Below are positions 59,080 through 64,000 of a stretch of DNA of 64,000 bases, piece after piece (position 1 is the first letter of the stretch; every line of letters begins with the position of its first letter). The stretch spans positions 813,311 through 877,310 of the forward strand of contig OZ025653.1 of NCBI GenBank assembly GCA_964019335.1, given 5' to 3'. The stretch is from Diplonema japonicum. Its lineage: Eukaryota > Protista > Euglenozoa: Diplonemea. The notes under the pieces were generated by a model. The model did not search any database, was not told where the DNA came from, and saw only the letters and a program-made list of their open reading frames with translations. The position numbers and the translations under genes are program-made.

Positions 59080-62000
59080 ATGTCCGTCAGGGACCTGCTG
59101 GGGCTGCTTGGGCTGGTCGAAACAAACCCTGGCCCACCCAAGAAGCTGCCGCCCCCGTCGCCTAAGGGTCTCAAGGTTGTCTCGTGGAACTGCAACGGCC
59201 TCGTTGCGAAATGGACCGTCGTATCTCGCCATGCTGACTTCTTGTCGCTGGACATCATCATGATACAGGAGACGCACCTGAGGGAAGGGCACGACACGCC
59301 ACACCTGCCTGGGTACAGGTCATACAGGAGGGATCGGTTGACACCGGTGACTGACGGCACTGCGACGAGGGGTGGTGGTATTGTCACGTATGTCCGCGAC
59401 GATCTTGCCTCGGAGGAGGTTCCGCACGTACTCCCGGCTGGGGACTGTGTCACTGAGAGACTGGATGTGAGGATCTCCTGCGAGAAGCGTGAGCCGATCA
59501 CTCTCTCCAACGTTTACCTTACACCGGTAAGCGCGAGCAGAGGCACGAGGGACCCTGAGTACCTGCGGCCTGGCAGCCTTCCCATGGGGAAGAACACAGT
59601 CATAGCGGGTGACTTCAATGCTCATCACAGCTCCTGGGACGCCACGGTGACGACGCCGAACGAGAGGGGGAACGTGGTCAGGGACTGGCTGGACACCCAC
59701 GGGTACACCGTCTACAACGACCGCAACGAACCGACGAGGGACTCGTCACGACACGTTCTGGACCTGGTTGTGGGGCGCTGCGCGAAGCTTGAGCCGAAGA
59801 CGCTGGGCACGTGGGGCTCCGATCATAGTCCCGTATCCTTTCACCTGCCTCTTGAGGACGTCTACCGTTCGGAGCGCCCCTTCCCCACCTGGAATTTTAA
59901 AAAAGCCAGATGGGATGACTACACTGCTGCTGTTGCCCGCCTGCTTGCTGGTGTTGACACGGCGGCTCCGATTGACTCTGTCACGAAGGGGTTTACACAA
60001 GCCCTTTTGACTGCGGCGAACGACCACATTCCCCTCTGTGGGATGCGACGTGGCCCGACCCCCTGGTGGACTGCTGAGCTCGAGGACGCCTTCGAAGAGC
60101 GGAACACCCTGCGCGAACTCCTGCTTCAAGAGGCGGACGTGGTGGAGGAGTACAGGGCGAAGGTGAAGGAAGTCAACCGACTCCTTGACGAGACGAAGCG
60201 TGAGGCATGGGGAAGGATGGCGGCCGACCTCAGCCGGAGCAAGGACCTCGGGGCTGCGTTCAGAGCGGTGAAGAAGCTGGACGGCAGGCACCGAAAGACA
60301 CACCTTCCTGTACTCGAGGGAAGATTTGTGTCGGACAAGGCGAAAGCCGACCGGCTGGGGGCGCACTTCGCTAAGCTCTACGGCAGGCGTGGTGACGGGA
60401 ACTCGAAGGACGCCGCTCCTTCTGCAAGCAGACTCGGGTGTCAAGCGTTCACCGTGGACGACCTCACCCGCGGCCTGAGAAGGATGAAGACGCGCAGCGC
60501 GGCCGGGGAAGACGGAATCTTCTCGGAGATGCTCCTACACCTGAACACGGACTCTCTCGGTGTCCTCCTTCTACTCCTCAATCGCTCCTGGCTGATGGGT
60601 GTCGTCCCCGGTGCCTGGAAGAAGGGAGTGATCGTCCCGGTACCGAAACCTGGAAAAGATGCGACTCTCTTGGCTTCCTACCGGCCGATCTGCCTGACCA
60701 GCTGCCTCTGCAAGCTGCTGGAGAGGATGATCGAGGAGAGGCTCACGTTTCTTCTTGACGCGGACGGGACGGGAGTCGAGGGACTCCACGACAGCCAGGC
60801 TGGTTTCAGACGCGGCCGCTCCACGGAGGAGCAGGTGGCAACCCTCACTGAGTGCATGTCGAGGAACAAAGACGATCGACGTCTCTCGGCCGCTCTGCTG
60901 TTCGACTTCTCTTCTGCCTTCGACCTGGTGCCCCATGGTGCCCTGCTGGACAAGATGCGAGGGAAGGGTCTCCCCGAACCCTTCGTGGAGTGGACGCGGT
61001 CCTTTCTATGCGGCCGTACTGCTGCGGTCACGATTGGACGGTCGAGGGGGTCGACGACGAAGGTGCGACGGGGTGTCCCCCAGGGCTCTGTCTTGGGTCC
61101 CATCCTGTACACCATCTACGTCGACGAACTCGCCAGGAGACTGGAGGGACTGGCGGACGTCTCGGTGCTCTACGCCGACGACGTGGCGGTTGTGATCTCC
61201 TCTGGACAAGGGGACGTGGCTGGGCTGGAGCGGAAGGCGCAGGCAGTGGTGGATGCGGTTGAGGACTGGTGCAGGGAGCGTGACATGCTGCTGAGCACGT
61301 CCAAGACGCAGGCAGTCTGCGTCCCCCCCCAGAAACGTCTCGGGGTCTACTTCACTTCGTCACGAGTCCCCCTTCAGCCAGGTGCCTTCCAGAACCCGCT
61401 CTTCGGCCTGGGGGTGAACGCCGATGGCACGATCTCCGGGGACCAGGAGCTGGCGGGCCTTCAGGTTGTGGAGGCGGGTGGTGTGCGGATCCGCTGCGTG
61501 CGGGACATGCATGCAGCCGTGCGACGGCCCGACGTGGACTACGTTGCGGCCCGTCCCCTGCCTCTGTCTGAACACGCGAGGTACCTTGGGGTTACGGTGG
61601 ACTCTGGGCTCACGTTCGGTGAACACGCACAGGACATCCTACGGCGGGCCAGCAAAAGGCTGAGGGTGCTGAAGCTCTTGTCCGGCACGTCCTGGGGCAG
61701 CAAGAGGGACACTCTGCGGTCTCTCTACGTTACGTACATCCTCCCGCTGCTGCGCTACTGCATGGGGGTCTACTACAGCAGGCTCGATGATGTCGGGAGG
61801 AAGGACCTGGCTGGGCTTCACCAGGAGGCGGCGGTGCTGATCACGGGCTGCTGGAGTGGCTCCGGAGGGTACAAGCTCCTAGCTGAGGCAGGACTGCTTC
61901 CCCTCGAAAGAATGGCGGAGGGTGCTGCGGCGACGATGACGGCGAAGGCCTTCTGCTGGCAGTCTTCCCCGGTTCACAGGGAGACGGTCAAGCTGAAGCA

Positions 62001-63228
62001 GGCGAACAGGCTGGGGTGTGGGTGGCTGCGCTCTGGCTACCAAGCACTGCGTCGATGCGGGTTGGAACCAAAGGTGCACTTCGAGTACCTGTCGGCTACG
62101 CCCCTGGCGGCCCCGTGGCAGACAGGCATGGTCGACTTCAGGACTGACCTCCCCGGCGGGGTCACGCGATCGTCGCCAGACGCGGACAGGCGGAAGGCGG
62201 CCGAGGCTGCTCTTGCGGCTCTCCCCCCGGGCATCCATGCCTACACGGATGGCTCGGTTGTACAGGTCGGACAGAAGGCGAAAGGTGGCTCTGGGGTTTA
62301 TCTACAGCTGCCTCCCCCCCTGACCCCTGTGTCTGTGTGCCATGGCGTCAACGACTTCTGTTCATCTTTTCGGGCAGAGGGCATGGCTGTGAAAACGGCG
62401 CTGGATATGGTGGCTACCCTCCGAAAAACACACCCTTCGCTGGCGAAGTCCCCGCTGTCGATCTGCACCGACTCCCTCTCCCTCGTCGAGCAGCTGCGAG
62501 CTGGCCCAACGCGACAGAGGGAGAAGCTCGACCACCAGACGTGGAGCCGGCTGGTGACCGCGGCGCGCACGCAGGGGACACCGGTGGTCCTCCAGTTTGT
62601 GCCCTCCCACTGTGGGGTGGACGGGAACGAGAAGGCTGACGCTCTGGCCGGGGAGGGAACGAAGCGGAAGCAGGACAGGCCCTCCCTTGACTACCGATCA
62701 GTGAGGGCCCTGGTGCGACGGTGGGTGGTGCGGAGGTCCACGGAGCTCATAACATCCCTCGCCCACAACTACGCGGTGGCGACCGAGCTTCGGTCTGCGC
62801 ACTTCCCCCTTGGCTTCCCCAGACAAGCTGAAACGGTCATCTCGCGGCTGCGGATTGGTCACTCGGCTCTCTTCTTCGGCTTCCTGCAGACTGCTGGCCC
62901 GAACAGGAAGCACAAGGGTGTGCTCCGGTGCCCAGCCTGCCACGCAGCACCGATGTCCAGGGAGCATGTTGTCGGTGGGTGCCCTGTGATCGGGAGGGGG
63001 GCGATCGACACTCCTGCTGGTACTCCCTCCCTAGCGTTCTCCCTGTCGAGACGCGTGACCCAGATCTACGACCTCATTGTTGAGTCTGGCCTGCTCGCCT
63101 GGTCACGCTCCGGACTGTTCACCTCGCCATCATCCCTGGCGTCTACAGACGTCACTGCACCTTCAAACGTGCCGCCTCCTCCTCCGGTCTCTCTTGACGC
63201 CGGTCCCGCGGCCCCCGTGCTGCGCTAA
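59080..63228 (+). CDS. Retrotransposon ORF2: 2A-like peptide, AP endonuclease, reverse transcriptase, RNase H, CCHC finger
   Basis: VETNPGP; SWNCNG, IQETH, AGDFNAHH, GSDH; YRPICLTS, QAGFR, DFSSAFD, GVPQGSVLGP, YADD, YLGV; YTDGS, CTDS, FVPSHCGVDGNEKAD; CPAC..HVVGGC. Confidence 0.96.
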   Translation: MSVRDLLGLLGLVETNPGPPKKLPPPSPKGLKVVSWNCNGLVAKWTVVSRHADFLSLDIIMIQETHLREGHDTPHLPGYRSYRRDRLTPVTDGTATRGGGIVTYVRDDLASEEVPHVLPAGDCVTERLDVRISCEKREPITLSNVYLTPVSASRGTRDPEYLRPGSLPMGKNTVIAGDFNAHHSSWDATVTTPNERGNVVRDWLDTHGYTVYNDRNEPTRDSSRHVLDLVVGRCAKLEPKTLGTWGSDHSPVSFHLPLEDVYRSERPFPTWNFKKARWDDYTAAVARLLAGVDTAAPIDSVTKGFTQALLTAANDHIPLCGMRRGPTPWWTAELEDAFEERNTLRELLLQEADVVEEYRAKVKEVNRLLDETKREAWGRMAADLSRSKDLGAAFRAVKKLDGRHRKTHLPVLEGRFVSDKAKADRLGAHFAKLYGRRGDGNSKDAAPSASRLGCQAFTVDDLTRGLRRMKTRSAAGEDGIFSEMLLHLNTDSLGVLLLLLNRSWLMGVVPGAWKKGVIVPVPKPGKDATLLASYRPICLTSCLCKLLERMIEERLTFLLDADGTGVEGLHDSQAGFRRGRSTEEQVATLTECMSRNKDDRRLSAALLFDFSSAFDLVPHGALLDKMRGKGLPEPFVEWTRSFLCGRTAAVTIGRSRGSTTKVRRGVPQGSVLGPILYTIYVDELARRLEGLADVSVLYADDVAVVISSGQGDVAGLERKAQAVVDAVEDWCRERDMLLSTSKTQAVCVPPQKRLGVYFTSSRVPLQPGAFQNPLFGLGVNADGTISGDQELAGLQVVEAGGVRIRCVRDMHAAVRRPDVDYVAARPLPLSEHARYLGVTVDSGLTFGEHAQDILRRASKRLRVLKLLSGTSWGSKRDTLRSLYVTYILPLLRYCMGVYYSRLDDVGRKDLAGLHQEAAVLITGCWSGSGGYKLLAEAGLLPLERMAEGAAATMTAKAFCWQSSPVHRETVKLKQANRLGCGWLRSGYQALRRCGLEPKVHFEYLSATPLAAPWQTGMVDFRTDLPGGVTRSSPDADRRKAAEAALAALPPGIHAYTDGSVVQVGQKAKGGSGVYLQLPPPLTPVSVCHGVNDFCSSFRAEGMAVKTALDMVATLRKTHPSLAKSPLSICTDSLSLVEQLRAGPTRQREKLDHQTWSRLVTAARTQGTPVVLQFVPSHCGVDGNEKADALAGEGTKRKQDRPSLDYRSVRALVRRWVVRRSTELITSLAHNYAVATELRSAHFPLGFPRQAETVISRLRIGHSALFFGFLQTAGPNRKHKGVLRCPACHAAPMSREHVVGGCPVIGRGAIDTPAGTPSLAFSLSRRVTQIYDLIVESGLLAWSRSGLFTSPSSLASTDVTAPSNVPPPPPVSLDAGPAAPVLR

Positions 63229-63683
63229 GGGATCGCCCCGTGTGTGTGTGTTAAATGGAATGTTGTGTTTCCCACTTTCCTTTCCCTTCCCTTCCTTTCC
63301 CTTCCCTTCCCTTCCTTTCCCTTCCTTCTCCTTCCTCTCACTGTTTCCCATTTCCCCTTTTATTTCACACTCACCAATGATACCTCCCTGGGGGGCTTTC
63401 CGCCGGAGGTTCCAGCCAAAGAAGGACATCCAGCTGGAAGGTAGGCCCCCGTTTTTCTCTCACTTGACTGAGGGAATAATGTAATTCAGCCCTCTTCGGC
63501 TGTCCCAAAGCAGAGCACGGGTTGGTGGGGGACCAGGGCTCCTCCTGCTTGCAGAAGCCTGGTCCTTTGCCCTCCCTATTTCCCCATGGTTTCCCTTCAC
63601 CTTTTTTTTCCCTTTTCTCAGGTGTTGCTCTCCATGGCGGCCCTGCATTGGTATTTTGAAAAAAAAAAAAAAAAAAAGCAACA

Positions 63684-63755
63684 TCCGCTATAGTACAGTG
63701 GTTAGTATACCTGGCTTTCACCCAGGCGACCCGGGTTCGAACCCCGGTGGCGGAA
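63684..63755 (+). tRNA. tRNA-Glu (anticodon TTC)
   Basis: Acceptor stem TCCGCTA/TGGCGGA; D arm agtacagtggttagtata; anticodon arm cctgg-ctTTCac-ccagg; T arm ccggg-ttcgaac-cccgg; 72 nt. Confidence 0.97.
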
Positions 63756-63756
63756 C

Positions 63757-63761
63757 TTTTT
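63757..63761 (+). terminator. Pol III terminator (T5)
   Basis: TTTTT starting 2 nt after the tRNA discriminator base. Confidence 0.75.
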
Positions 63762-64000
63762 AAACCCCACGTGAAATAGTTAGAATTTTTATCCACTGAC
63801 CTCTGTTTTGCGTGACGGCGATCCAGGGGTGAATTTTCGAGTTGAGCAAATTTTCAGAATTCAGTGCGATAAGACATCAGTCTTGTGGTGACTGAGCTTT
63901 CAAGCTCAAGTGCATGATATGCGGCATCTGCATGTGTACCTTTCTGAAACTGAGTCTGGAGGAGTAGCACAAATGCTTCAGAAAGCTCGATCCTTGTGTG

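Larger units (their letters stand above)
56383..63677 (+). mobile_element. Non-LTR retrotransposon (Ingi/I group: APE-RT-RNase H), probably 5'-truncated within ORF1
   Basis: Abrupt GC-rich block; two long ORFs; pyrimidine-rich 3' UTR with hairpins; A19 tract at 63659-63677. Confidence 0.9.

Noticed and set aside
61354-61551. Intein or intron inside the RT
   Set aside because: No C-terminal His-Asn intein end and no GT-AG pair resembling the local intron style.

Overview
Eukaryotic protist DNA, most consistent with a euglenozoan that has many cis-introns (diplonemid-like; this is an inference). Support: unidirectional gene clusters, polypyrimidine-AG sites just before start codons, an N-acylated calpain-like protein, Ingi/I-type retroelements and many 31-65 bp GT-AG introns. 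Three minus-strand genes (cyclin, an EF-hand-like coiled-coil protein, DBP2) diverge from about 15 plus-strand genes (Rab-like/EF-hand, MLO-B-box, two RPL14, IQ protein, coiled-coil protein, MFSD5, DUSP, TRAPPC6, pseudo-calpain, divergent dynein heavy chain, PDK1-FYVE, WW/MIB-HERC2, DUF676). The 6.5 kb strand-switch gap holds nested non-autonomous TIR transposons with 7-bp TSDs and a 371-bp internal satellite. These repeats show extreme CpG-specific, position-dependent mutation that looks RIP-like or methylation-driven. The last 11 kb is a same-orientation stack of SINE-like and LINE elements ending 6 nt upstream of tRNA-Glu(TTC). In the LINE with the intact pol ORF, ORF1 and ORF2 share one frame and are separated by a single TGA followed by a 2A/StopGo-like motif, and the RT carries a PDZ-like insertion. 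All family assignments come from motif recognition by eye; no searches were run.
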